From NCBI GenBank assembly GCA_902564345.1, contig CACFAY010000005.1, forward strand, positions 1 to 63,675: a stretch of 63,675 nucleotides of DNA, read 5' to 3'. Position 1 is the first letter of the stretch. Every line of letters begins with the position of its first letter. Shown here piece by piece: positions 1 through 9,913 of the stretch. Below the pieces are notes generated by a model. It ran no database searches. It was not told where the DNA came from and was given only the letters and a program-made list of their open reading frames with translations. The stretch is from an uncultured SAR324 cluster bacterium. GTDB taxonomy: Bacteria; SAR324; NAC60-12. Position numbers and translations under genes: made by a program.

Positions 1-185
1 ATATAAGAGAAAAGACTTAAGGAATATTTTTAACAAAAGTGAAGGAATAAAATTTGATAAGGAGTTTAAATTAGCATTTAAAAAATGTAAGTTATAATTG
101 ATCTTTTAATTTATTCTCATTCTAAATAAAAACTCACTAATTCAAGTATGAGCTTATTAATCAGAAAAAATTTACATTATACCAA

Positions 186-659
186 TTGAAACCCATATTC
201 ATAAACTTATCTTATCTTCTTCTTTCTTGCCTTCTAGTTTCTTGTTATAAAAAGGAGGAGATACTTTACAGATGGGGAACATTTTCTAGTTGGGAGTGGA
301 AAACTATTGGAGATAAAAACATAAATCCACAATATAAAGGGGAAGTAAAAAGAAAATATTTTATATTTGGAGATTATATACTAGAAGGTTCTGGTACTTT
401 AAATGTACCTAATGGTGAGAAATATGTAGGAGAATTCAAAGATGGTAAATATAATGGCCAAGGTACAGTAACTATTCCTGACGGTAGTAAATATGCAGGA
501 GAGTGGAAGAATGGGAACTTTAACGGACAAGGAACTTACACATTTTCTAATGGAGGAAGTTTTGTTGGTTTTTGGAAAGATAGCGCTCCTTGGAATATTT
601 CTGGATACAACGAAAAAGGAGAATTTGTCAATTATGTTGAGGGAAAAAAGACAAAGTAA
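186..659 (+). CDS. MORN-repeat lipoprotein
   Basis: TTG start. N-terminal signal with lipobox LVSC. Tandem MORN units (YVGEFKDGKYNGQGT, YAGEWKNGNFNGQGT). Confidence 0.7.
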   Translation: MKPIFINLSYLLLSCLLVSCYKKEEILYRWGTFSSWEWKTIGDKNINPQYKGEVKRKYFIFGDYILEGSGTLNVPNGEKYVGEFKDGKYNGQGTVTIPDGSKYAGEWKNGNFNGQGTYTFSNGGSFVGFWKDSAPWNISGYNEKGEFVNYVEGKKTK

Positions 660-980
660 TCATCTTTGAAAAACCTCCACTGTCCTCTCCTAAAATCCTT
701 TACATAAAGTTAATCAAAAAAAATTATTTATGACTGGGGATCAGTAAAGTCATTTCCAGATATCTTTATTAATTAGAAAAAACTTGATTTTAATTCTATA
801 TAAGTTGGTTTACAATAAGCGATATAATTGCTTTAGTTAAATTATTTCTACTAAAAATTCTTAACTAAATAATATCGAACTCCTACCTGTTAAATTATAT
901 TTAAGATGCTATAAAAATATTGGCGTTATGAAGCCCCAATACTCGTATACACGTTAATAGCTTTATAAATCTATTGAAAC

Positions 981-2300
981 TTAGTTGCGAGCGTGCTGCG
1001 CTACAAATAAATCAGCACCTTCATCTTCAGCGATACCGAAGAGGCGTAGCATTCTATTTTTTTGCATTTCTTTAAGCCAAGAGTTTAGAGATTTAGATCC
1101 AAATCCTTCTTGCTTAAACATTGTCATAACCAAGCCATCTTCCAGACAGCTATGAATCAAATTGCTGTCGGATCGTACTATTTGAACGGCATTAGACAGT
1201 AAATCAACTAATTCTAAACCATTCGGAGAGTCCTCTGGTCCGCCTGCTTGAAATCCAGCTTTAGCTGTAGGATGCTTAATTCCCCTTAATAAGGGAACTT
1301 CAGCATCATAGATATGTGACAATAAGCCGGGGAAGGCCACGATGGTGTTGATCTCACAGTCAAGCATCATTTCATTTACATTTCTATCTGAAGCAGGAAG
1401 TTTTGAGGCTATTAAATAAGACTTAATAAATGCCTTTCGATATTGAAATGAAGTGAAACGAGAACCTAACCACATTGTATAGGGAAGACCAAAATCCATG
1501 ACTGCTGCTCCAACTTGAACCAGGTCATAGTCTATGGCTGTCAGAGAACCTGTCAGAGGATCTCTCATGATATTATCAGGTTTGAAATCATTGTGTACAA
1601 CAACTTGGCGCTTTGCTGCCTCAGAGGTAGGGAAAAATGCAGAGCACTGCATGACCTTCTTATATACACCTGTTTCAATTTCCAATTCCAGTATCTTTTT
1701 TGAAGTTGTGATGTCTGGATTGCCAACTCCTAGTACTGGCAAACCGGTATCAAAGGCTGACCAAGGTAAGCACCAACAAGGTGCGTGTGAGGGCATGGGG
1801 CTCAAGATTGCTGATAAAATTGGGTCTCGATCTAAAAAGTTTTCTTTCAAAGGTGTGTACCAATTGGTGGGAGCTGAGTGAATCTTAGCTAACAGTTCTG
1901 CTAATTTATCTGGAGGAGCTAAATCAGGTTTAAAGTTAAAGAAGTCCTTCATGACTGAGTTACCAGCTGATCGCTCAATATGAAAATCTATACCATTCAT
2001 TAATATTGAGGGCGCTATACCATGTTCGCGCAAAACTTTTGTGGCAGCAGCAACTCGTGCTGTTGTATTGGGATGGGAATTCATAATACTTTCACCATCG
2101 TTAATTTTAACTATGCACTTCGAAAAACCGTCTTCATGGCAAATGTATGTCTTTGCACCGCTGTTGCCCGATACATCATTTACAGAAAGTAATGTTTTAG
2201 ATTTCTGATTTGGATAAAGCGAATTTAAAGCAATTTCTGCTATTTCCTCTAAGGTTGCACCTTTGAGTTTAATTTCTGATTGAATTAATTTTTCTGTCAT
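981..2300 (-). CDS. Phosphotransferase of the APH/choline-kinase superfamily
   Basis: Catalytic loop HNDFKPDNIM followed by IDYD (Brenner HxDxxxxN plus DxD). Confidence 0.7.
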   Translation of the reverse strand: MTEKLIQSEIKLKGATLEEIAEIALNSLYPNQKSKTLLSVNDVSGNSGAKTYICHEDGFSKCIVKINDGESIMNSHPNTTARVAAATKVLREHGIAPSILMNGIDFHIERSAGNSVMKDFFNFKPDLAPPDKLAELLAKIHSAPTNWYTPLKENFLDRDPILSAILSPMPSHAPCWCLPWSAFDTGLPVLGVGNPDITTSKKILELEIETGVYKKVMQCSAFFPTSEAAKRQVVVHNDFKPDNIMRDPLTGSLTAIDYDLVQVGAAVMDFGLPYTMWLGSRFTSFQYRKAFIKSYLIASKLPASDRNVNEMMLDCEINTIVAFPGLLSHIYDAEVPLLRGIKHPTAKAGFQAGGPEDSPNGLELVDLLSNAVQIVRSDSNLIHSCLEDGLVMTMFKQEGFGSKSLNSWLKEMQKNRMLRLFGIAEDEGADLFVAQHARN

Positions 2301-2481
2301 TTAATCTTGAGCTGCTAAAAAATTGAACTAATTAAATTGTACCAGTTTTAAAAATATTAATCAATATTATTAGCTATTTAAAGCCAAAATAAAAGGGGTG
2401 GTGGAGACACAGCTAGATTTCATGAAAAATAATTGCTGAAAACCATAGTTTCTTTGCAATTATTATGATTGTTACATTGAA

Positions 2482-3366
2482 TCAAACCCAGCGAAAATCT
2501 CCTAAGTTTAAGAGTTGCATCAGGTATTTTTTATGAAAACTTAAGTAGCCTAATTCTTTATACTTAACCTTATTTTCAATTTTTTTTTGATATTTTTGCA
2601 ATTTGTGAAAAGGGATCCCTGGCGAATGATGGTGTCCGGTATGGTAATTCATATTCCACATGAAAAAACGAACCAAGAAATTAGTTTTAATGGTTCTACT
2701 ATTTTTTTTCATGTCTGCTATTGAATCGCAGAAGCCATGCTCTGCAAGAAGAAATAATCTTAAAAAAGGCTGGCCGATTATCATCGGAATGATCCACACA
2801 TATAAAAGGAGTCCGTTATTGAGATTGTAAGAGATTAAAAACAACAAAAGGTAAATTGCAAAAACGATACGAGCCTCAAAAACAGCCTTTTTGGAGTTAT
2901 GCTTATTGATATATGGCTGGTTTGCATTACCTAAAATTAGCCTAAATAAATTAATAAAAAGATCGATCCAGATTTTGATGCCTGTAATTAAAAAAATATA
3001 AGAAAAAATAGTCTTCGGATGTTCTTTTCCAAGTTCAGGATCCTTTTGGGTATTTTGTGTGTGTCGGTGATGCTGCATGTGGAATTCTCTGAACCAGATC
3101 GAAGGCATCAAATGAACCATTCCACAAAAAAACATAAGCAATTTATTTAAAAGTTTAGTTTTAAATGCTGTTGAATGTGAGCATTCATGCAATGGTGCAA
3201 AAAAAGAAATCAGCAATAAACCTTGAGTCAGAATGAAAAACTTTTGATAGATGTTCTCAAGATTTATTAAGTACCCGTTGAATAAAATAAGTGTAATTAC
3301 AAATAGAAATCTAAATGATGCATGATGGTTGGTTTTCTGAAAATAGGGGTTGCTATGTTGATTCAT
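2482..3366 (-). CDS. Membrane fatty-acid desaturase family protein
   Basis: Three histidine boxes (HECSH, HMQHHRH, HTGHHH) in a polytopic membrane protein. TGA stop. Confidence 0.75.
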   Translation of the reverse strand: MNQHSNPYFQKTNHHASFRFLFVITLILFNGYLINLENIYQKFFILTQGLLLISFFAPLHECSHSTAFKTKLLNKLLMFFCGMVHLMPSIWFREFHMQHHRHTQNTQKDPELGKEHPKTIFSYIFLITGIKIWIDLFINLFRLILGNANQPYINKHNSKKAVFEARIVFAIYLLLFLISYNLNNGLLLYVWIIPMIIGQPFLRLFLLAEHGFCDSIADMKKNSRTIKTNFLVRFFMWNMNYHTGHHHSPGIPFHKLQKYQKKIENKVKYKELGYLSFHKKYLMQLLNLGDFRWV

Positions 3367-3479
3367 AAATTTTCTAATTAGTAAGAAATACTATCGGTGC
3401 ATTATAATTTTGATTAAATAAATATGGTCTAGCTAAAGTGCTCCAAGTAGTATTAATTAATTTTCAAATCGTAAATAGA

Positions 3480-4790
3480 TTATTTTTTTGCTTTCCACAT
3501 GGATTTCGTAATCATGAATGCTCCTGTTCCCAATGCTAGAAACATTACTACAAAACTTAAATTTTTAAGAAACATGTTAATATTGTCACTGATGTTAATG
3601 AAACTAAGTTCACTTAAATAACTTGGTATGATTATTCCTCTGCTCAAAGCGACCAAAAGCATAATGGTTCCCATGACTTTTTTAATATAATTTTGATTTA
3701 CAAAAGTAGTTCCATAAGCACCAATTTGGACTCCAAATAATGATCCAGCCAAAATGATTACGGTTAATCTTATATCAATGAGTCCCATCAAACCCCATTT
3801 GATTGAACCAACTAACCCCATGCTAAAGGCAACGACTAGTTCTGTAGCGGACGCAACTACGCTTGGTGCTCCAAGAACAAATATCATACCTGGCACACCA
3901 ATAAAACCTCCAACTGCAATTGTTGCAGCAAGCATTCCTGTAAGAAAACCTATGGGTAAGATGAACCATATTGAAATTACACTATCTGCAACCTTAAGTT
4001 TAGCTTTTGGCGGAAGATTAATATTTTTAAGAACTAGTGAAAGTTTTGATTTTTTTTCAATGCCACCAGAATTTTGTGTTCTGTAAGCATCATAAAAAAC
4101 GTAACTTCCTATTGAAGTCAAAACAATGACATAGGCCAAACTTACATATAGATCAGATCCTAAATTCCCGTAAGCATTATTAATTTTTTGTTGAATATCA
4201 ATCCCTACTAATACTCCAAGAAGTGCACAAGAGGCCATAATAAGACCTAATTTTAAGTCTACTTGACCATATTTGTATCTTTTAAATGCTCCTACCAGTG
4301 CTTTTGGAAATTTGTGACACATATTAGAAGCAATTGCTACAAGTCCATCTACTCCGAGACTCATCATACCTGGTGTAAGGACAAAAGCCCCTCCTGATCC
4401 AATAAAACCGCTGACAAGCCCCCCAATAAAACCCAAAATTAAAAGGAAGCTTATATTCAATAAATTTAATTCAATAAATTTAATTATTTTTTTAAATACA
4501 ATTTTTTTATTATTTGATAATAGCTCGAGATTACCATTAGACGGATTTAAATAAACCTGCACATTTTCAGTTTTATTTTTAAAAATATATATTTGATTAT
4601 ATTTTGTTAGCTCATACTTTAATCCGTCTTTTTCAATGATTAAACCTTGATTTTCATCGTCTTTTATAATTGTCATATAATCTTTGCCATCAGAGCTACT
4701 CCATTGACCTAACATAGGGCTTACTCTTTTACCTGCAAAAGCAGTTAATGCAAAGAAAACAGTAAATAAAAAGATTAAAAATTTTTTCAA
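3480..4790 (-). CDS. TSUP (TauE/SafE, DUF81) family permease with an extra N-terminal periplasmic domain
   Basis: Signal peptide plus ~90-aa soluble domain, then two TSUP half-repeats (GGLVSGFIGSGGAF..., GMLAATIAVGGFIGVPG). Confidence 0.65.
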   Translation of the reverse strand: MKKFLIFLFTVFFALTAFAGKRVSPMLGQWSSSDGKDYMTIIKDDENQGLIIEKDGLKYELTKYNQIYIFKNKTENVQVYLNPSNGNLELLSNNKKIVFKKIIKFIELNLLNISFLLILGFIGGLVSGFIGSGGAFVLTPGMMSLGVDGLVAIASNMCHKFPKALVGAFKRYKYGQVDLKLGLIMASCALLGVLVGIDIQQKINNAYGNLGSDLYVSLAYVIVLTSIGSYVFYDAYRTQNSGGIEKKSKLSLVLKNINLPPKAKLKVADSVISIWFILPIGFLTGMLAATIAVGGFIGVPGMIFVLGAPSVVASATELVVAFSMGLVGSIKWGLMGLIDIRLTVIILAGSLFGVQIGAYGTTFVNQNYIKKVMGTIMLLVALSRGIIIPSYLSELSFINISDNINMFLKNLSFVVMFLALGTGAFMITKSMWKAKK

Positions 4791-4793
4791 AAC

Positions 4794-5015
4794 TTAACTT
4801 TTTTTCTTTTGAAGTTTCCCAATATAATTAATAACGAAATTAGCAAATGAACCATATGCTATTGAAATTACAAATGCCGTACTTATAGGCAAAATAGCAT
4901 ACCATGAACCTAAAACAAAATAATGCATGACTAATTCTTCAAAATAAAAAATTAAGAAATATAAAATAAATGAGATTGATCCAAAAAATATGATTCTCAG
5001 TTTTATTGGGTCCAT
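4794..5015 (-). CDS. Small two-TM membrane protein
   Basis: Hydrophobic 73-aa ORF ending 3 nt before the TSUP start codon, so probably co-transcribed. Confidence 0.4.
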   Translation of the reverse strand: MDPIKLRIIFFGSISFILYFLIFYFEELVMHYFVLGSWYAILPISTAFVISIAYGSFANFVINYIGKLQKKKS

Positions 5016-5250
5016 AATTTTTTAATGAATTATTAAATTTTTTAATGTTTTAAAAAAATGCCCATTTCAATAGTTTCTTTTAAATCTAATATGCTTTGAA
5101 AATAGATATTATTTTAACCCACTCTCACATTAACCCTAAAAAAACCTAGAAAATTTATCAATTAATTTGAAGATTTTTAGTGAGAAATAATAGTGTTATA
5201 GGATTTCAATAACATATTTTTGTTGGAAAAAGTGTGTATTAAAATCAGAA

Positions 5251-6444
5251 TTATTCCTGTAATTTTTCTAGATAAAAGGTTTTCCAAATACCTTTATTTT
5301 TTAGACTTATTTCCCCTCTTGGAGTGGTGACAGCATTTTCTCCTAAGTGATCAGCAGTTTTTTCAGAAATATGAATTTTTCCTTCTTCTCCAGAATTTTC
5401 TAATCTAGATGCAACATTTACTGCATCACCCCAAACATCCAATGAATCTGAAGTAGAACCTGCTATAAGAGGTCCAGTGTGGATGCCAATTCTTAATTTC
5501 CAAATAGGTTTGTCTAAAACTTGGTGCTGAATATTTATACCTTCTACAAATTGAAGCATGTCAAAAGCTAAAGCACATATTTCTTTAGCATGATTCTTTT
5601 GTTGTTTAGGGATACCAGAAACGCACATATAGCAATCACCAATAGTTTTAACTTTAGTAATTTCATGCTTTTTTGATAATTTATCAAATCCATTAAAAAA
5701 AACATTTAGTGTTTGAATAAGATCTCCAGGCTCCATTTCCTCAACAAGTGTTGTAAATCCAACAAAATCAGCAAAAAGGATTGATGAAGTAGAAAAATAC
5801 TTGGTTGTAATTATATTTTCATCATTTTCAAAATTATTGGATTGATCTAAATCATCATTTTTTGTTTCAAATTCATGTTCTATCATCCCAACTACTTGAT
5901 CAGCTAAAATTCTTAACCCCTCTATTTGATTATGGTTCACCTTTTTAGGTTTACTATCAATTACGCATAAAGTGCCTATAGAATAACCTCTGGAAGTTAT
6001 TAACGGAGAGCCAGCATAAAATCTAATACCTTCAAATAAATCCATCTTATGAAAGTTTTTTGTTCTATCATCAGAATTCAAGTCATCGATAATTAATGGT
6101 TCTTTCGGAGATGCTAGACTATATTGACAAATTGATATCTCTCTAGGTATTTCTTCCGTAATAGTTTTTTCAACTACGTTTAATCCATAGTTGGTTTTAC
6201 ATTGTTGAATACTAGCACCTAAAATATTTATTAGACCAAATTTAGATTTTGTGATTATTGTAGCAAGTTGAGTGATCGAATTATATTTAGCTTCATCTGA
6301 GAAGTCTTTATCTAAAATTCCCAGCCTCTTTACCTCTTCCAGGCGACTTTCTTCGTTTGGGATATTTTCTACAGGAAGGATACCAATTTGTGACCCTTGA
6401 ATACGCAGAACATCATTAAATTGAGACCTTGTTGATTTATTCAT
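5251..6444 (-). CDS. GAF-domain class III adenylate/guanylate cyclase
   Basis: C-terminal cyclase motifs ILFADFVGFT, KTIGDCYM, RIGIHTGPLIAG, WGDAVNVASRLE. N-terminal GAF-like region. Confidence 0.85.
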   Translation of the reverse strand: MNKSTRSQFNDVLRIQGSQIGILPVENIPNEESRLEEVKRLGILDKDFSDEAKYNSITQLATIITKSKFGLINILGASIQQCKTNYGLNVVEKTITEEIPREISICQYSLASPKEPLIIDDLNSDDRTKNFHKMDLFEGIRFYAGSPLITSRGYSIGTLCVIDSKPKKVNHNQIEGLRILADQVVGMIEHEFETKNDDLDQSNNFENDENIITTKYFSTSSILFADFVGFTTLVEEMEPGDLIQTLNVFFNGFDKLSKKHEITKVKTIGDCYMCVSGIPKQQKNHAKEICALAFDMLQFVEGINIQHQVLDKPIWKLRIGIHTGPLIAGSTSDSLDVWGDAVNVASRLENSGEEGKIHISEKTADHLGENAVTTPRGEISLKNKGIWKTFYLEKLQE

Positions 6445-6475
6445 GATATTAGTTTTTGAATATAATTCTTTTATC

Positions 6476-6967
6476 TTAAATAAGCTCTAAAGTATCACCT
6501 AATTTGATCACACCTTCTTCAATTACGTTTGCAGTGATACCTCCATGTCCTCTCATTGCGTTATATCCTCCTGCCCCAAGATTTTCTTCCATTCGACTGC
6601 AAGGGGCACAAATTCCAGTTGTCTCCAAAGTTACATCACCAATCCTAAATTTATGATGTTTTAACGAAAGAAGATTAATGCCTGAAACTACAATGTTTCT
6701 TCGAGTCAGTTTAGGGTCAATTATCCTTTTCTTTAAAATACTTGAAATTACATTGAGATGTTCTTGTTGTATGAGTGTCACTTGTCTCTTTCCAGAGTAA
6801 CTGCCATTGAAATGGTCACCTGCTAAACCAGTTCCTTTTTCAACTTTTACATATTCAACGGCAGATAAAACTGCTCTCTTCTTTGATCGAATTCCAAGCC
6901 ACTCTACCGTACCTTTTTGAGGAATGACCCTTAAAAGTTCTTTCATAACTGTTTCGTTATATGTCAT
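6476..6967 (-). CDS. MOSC domain-containing protein
   Basis: GDHF..., RQVTLI and CAPCSRME signature with the conserved Cys. Confidence 0.8.
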   Translation of the reverse strand: MTYNETVMKELLRVIPQKGTVEWLGIRSKKRAVLSAVEYVKVEKGTGLAGDHFNGSYSGKRQVTLIQQEHLNVISSILKKRIIDPKLTRRNIVVSGINLLSLKHHKFRIGDVTLETTGICAPCSRMEENLGAGGYNAMRGHGGITANVIEEGVIKLGDTLELI

Positions 6968-6999
6968 AAAATTTAATTCGATTATTTACTAAAAAAATC

Positions 7000-7425
7000 C
7001 TAGCATTTGTCTTTTACCATTTCTTCTTTTCGCATTGGCATTGTATCTATCAAATTAAATATATCCTTTATAGAAGTTTTTTTTGAATTTAATTTTATCC
7101 CACCATCTTTTCCAATAAGTATTAAACGGAATTCAATAGGAGATAGAGATAAATTTCCAAAAGATCTTTCAAATATTTTAATTTCCTGTTTGTTTGTGTT
7201 AAATATTAAATCAATATGGATAATATTTCTGGCATTAAAGTCACATAAATTTTTATTGATACTATTTAAAAATTTGTTCCTTTCAAAATTTATTTTACTT
7301 GGAGAAAAAGTTACTATAATTCGGTTTTTCCAAAGATATTTTTCCAAAGGACCAGAATTAATAGCCATTACTGGGAAATTTATTAAAAGTAATATTAAAA
7401 TAAATTTTTTCATATAAGCGAGCAT
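7000..7425 (-). CDS. Secreted DUF4174-like protein
   Basis: Signal peptide. WKNRIIV..., LIGKDGGIKL and IDTMPMRKEEM pattern typical of DUF4174. Confidence 0.6.
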   Translation of the reverse strand: MLAYMKKFILILLLINFPVMAINSGPLEKYLWKNRIIVTFSPSKINFERNKFLNSINKNLCDFNARNIIHIDLIFNTNKQEIKIFERSFGNLSLSPIEFRLILIGKDGGIKLNSKKTSIKDIFNLIDTMPMRKEEMVKDKC

Positions 7426-7693
7426 TAATTACGATTATAACTAAATAATAATTATTTTAACAAATGAAAGAACTTCTTATCCTGAAAGTGTTCTTCCAAA
7501 AGGCTTGTTGTATTCAACCATTTTCATTATGAAAGAATTATAATCAATTTATTGTTAATAGAATCAATTTAATCATTACTTCTAGCTATATTTCATTATC
7601 TCATTGCTTTCAAACAAGCTCCACATTCATTTTAAAATTAATCTAATTATGGTAAAAGTAATTTTTGCTTAAGATAATAATTAAGTAATCCTA

Positions 7694-8377
7694 ATGAAAA
7701 ATTTAATAATAATCATATCAACACGTCATCTTCATTCTCCTTTAATTAAAATAATATTGATAATTTTTGTCCTAAATACGGATTCTTTTAACGTATTTGC
7801 AAATGAACATAATTTGTATACTCAAAATAAAAGTTTTCAATTACAAGCAATTGGCTATTCGTCTTTAGGAACTGGTATTAGTTTTGGTTACCGATTCAAT
7901 AAAAATATTGGGTTAAATTTTGATATTCAATCATTAAATGGAACTATGTCAATAGACTCTAATGAAGGATTAACTAAAGAAGATGCTTACTACTCATTTC
8001 AAACTAGAATTTTCAATGTAAGAAGATATTTAACTAATATATTTGATAATTTTTTCATTCAATATGGGATTGTATCTAAAAATTGGGATACTAAAACTAT
8101 AATAAAAAGTAATGAAAATGGTCAAAGGAAAGGAATTTATAAAGCAAAGTATTCAACTAATGGAATTAATTTTGGAGTAGGAATGAATTGGGTCTTTGAT
8201 AATGGTCTTTCTTCAGGACTATATTTAATTAAAATTTTAAGTAAAGAGCCATCATTTACCTATGAACTTTCAGAGGGTTGGGAATGTAATAGTTCTTGTC
8301 AGTCAAACTATGAGAGCAATGTAAAAAAGTATACTCCTAACAATTCGGTTAATTTAAGTTTTGGTTATAATTTTTAA
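7694..8377 (+). CDS. Putative outer-membrane beta-barrel protein
   Basis: Signal-like N-terminus, alternating amphipathic strands rich in G/Y/N, C-terminal ...FGYNF. Confidence 0.5.
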   Translation: MKNLIIIISTRHLHSPLIKIILIIFVLNTDSFNVFANEHNLYTQNKSFQLQAIGYSSLGTGISFGYRFNKNIGLNFDIQSLNGTMSIDSNEGLTKEDAYYSFQTRIFNVRRYLTNIFDNFFIQYGIVSKNWDTKTIIKSNENGQRKGIYKAKYSTNGINFGVGMNWVFDNGLSSGLYLIKILSKEPSFTYELSEGWECNSSCQSNYESNVKKYTPNNSVNLSFGYNF

Positions 8378-8469
8378 TTTTAGTAGAACATAGACTACTC
8401 GTTAAATATTTTTTACTGGGCTTTTGAGTTAGGGGTATCAGGTAATGGTTCAAATGTAGGTGGAATTAT

Positions 8470-8661
8470 TCATTCATTCCCATTACTAACATTATTTATT
8501 TTTATTTCACCATCATAAACTCCATAATCTAGTTTATTTGGATTACAACATATCTCACAATCATAAATTTCAATTATATTCCCAGTAAAAGATGTGCCGA
8601 TTTCTAATGATACTTCAAACTGCTCAAAACAAAAAAAACAGGTAATCACTTTATTTTTCAT
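8470..8661 (-). CDS. CPXCG-motif cysteine-rich small protein
   Basis: CFFCFE ... DCEICCNP arrangement in a 63-aa protein. Confidence 0.6.
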   Translation of the reverse strand: MKNKVITCFFCFEQFEVSLEIGTSFTGNIIEIYDCEICCNPNKLDYGVYDGEIKINNVSNGNE

Positions 8662-8807
8662 TTTTTAAAATATCTATTATTAATTGATTTAAAAAAAAAT
8701 TTGGAACTGGAATATTTTAAATGATAGTGGGAAGTACCTAACAAATCTTCATTATTAATATTTTTGTGTTTGAGTATGTAGGATACTTTGCGAAAGGGAA
8801 ATTATAT

Positions 8808-9329
8808 TTATGAAAAATGTCCTCTACTTTGTGCATTAATCAATGTAAGTGGTTCATCATACTTCTTAATCGCTGCTCCATTCACATATGTTGTATTCTC
8901 TTCCCCGTCAGCATAAATCATTTCACCATTCCATATCTTATTATTTCTAAAAGTTCCGATATATTTGTTTCCAGTTGACCAGGTAAATGTTCCTTCTTTA
9001 CTTTCTCCATTCTCATATGTTCCTTCAAACTTAGATCCATTATAAAATTCTACCTCTGAATAGGATTCCGGTGTGTAGAATATTCCTTGTCCATTTGGAA
9101 CTCCATTATCTATCTCTCCTTCCCAATATCTGTCTGGCGGACAAATAGACTTAGTTTTAAACCAACCTAATTTGCCAAATCTTTTTACTTTCCAACAAAG
9201 GTCTTTTTTCTCATCTTCAGAAAGCTTATCCCAGTCAAGTCTTTCTCTGAGTTCTGTATCATCACTCCTGTAATATAAAATCCCTCTCGTCTTGTTCATA
9301 ATATTCTTATTAGTTATAGATTTAACCAA
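8808..9329 (-). CDS. MORN-repeat protein (cytoplasmic form, no signal peptide)
   Basis: MORN units (FEGTYENGESKEGTF, YIGTFRNNKIWNG). The TTG at 9329 overlaps the upstream stop codon. An alternative ATG start lies at 9299. Confidence 0.65.
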   Translation of the reverse strand: MVKSITNKNIMNKTRGILYYRSDDTELRERLDWDKLSEDEKKDLCWKVKRFGKLGWFKTKSICPPDRYWEGEIDNGVPNGQGIFYTPESYSEVEFYNGSKFEGTYENGESKEGTFTWSTGNKYIGTFRNNKIWNGEMIYADGEENTTYVNGAAIKKYDEPLTLINAQSRGHFS

Positions 9330-9618
9330 TAAACTTACTCATGAAATTGTCGAGAAAATCAGAATCAGCAGATTCGAGGAATCCATCTGGAATGGAAATG
9401 GGATAATTTTCAGTAGAGACAATCATGTTGATAAATTTTCTAATTCCATCATTCTTAATCTGAAGTAAATCCTCAGCTGTTATATCAAATTCCTGACCCA
9501 TTTCTTCTAATGTAGTTTTTGATTTACCACCCAAACCAAAATACATCGTCAGAACTTTCTCTTCTCTTTCAGATAATTCCTTGAACAATGTAAGGATAGA
9601 TTCTTCTTTTTGTGACAT
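9322..9618 (-). CDS. Stand-alone sigma-70 region-4-like HTH protein
   Basis: LSEREEKVLTMYFGLGGKSKTTLEEMGQEFDITAEDLLQIKNDGIRKF aligns to RpoD region 4.1/4.2. No regions 1-3. Confidence 0.55.
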   Translation of the reverse strand: MSQKEESILTLFKELSEREEKVLTMYFGLGGKSKTTLEEMGQEFDITAEDLLQIKNDGIRKFINMIVSTENYPISIPDGFLESADSDFLDNFMSKFIG

Positions 9619-9867
9619 TCGTATCTGATTTAGTTAAAGAACGTGGAGACGAAAATGTTTGTCAGTCATAACATTACTAATACGACAAAATATCATCCAC
9701 CAACAAAACCATCAAATAAAAATTTGCAAACAAGACAAAATTTGAAGAAAAGGTAGGAAATTAAAAAATATTTCTAATTGCCGACCCAGTGCTGACTTTT
9801 TTTATTGGGTTAAATGGTATTTGTGTAAGGAAATTTTTGGGAAAAGTGGGTACTAAACTTAGTGTAA

Positions 9868-9897
9868 TAATCCTCCCTAAATCGTTAGGGAGGATTA
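9868..9897 (-). terminator. Hairpin downstream of znuA
   Basis: Perfect 13-bp stem TAATCCTCCCTAA / TTAGGGAGGATTA with 4-nt loop, 17 nt past the znuA stop. The U-tract is weak. Confidence 0.5.
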
Positions 9898-9913
9898 TAT
9901 AGGGTTTAGACTG

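Noticed and set aside
1515-1881. Plus-strand ORFs (1515-1703, 1534-1881) inside the kinase gene. Similar antisense ORFs occur at 3754-4086, 7007-7417, 12043-12591, 14763-14993, 15676-15897, 17684-17893, 23730-24283, 24662-24865, 28646-28831, 34087-34368, 36826-37902, 39528-39963, 41683-41922 and elsewhere.
   Set aside because: These are shadow ORFs fully embedded opposite well-supported CDSs with recognisable family motifs. Their translations are low-complexity or have no recognisable features.
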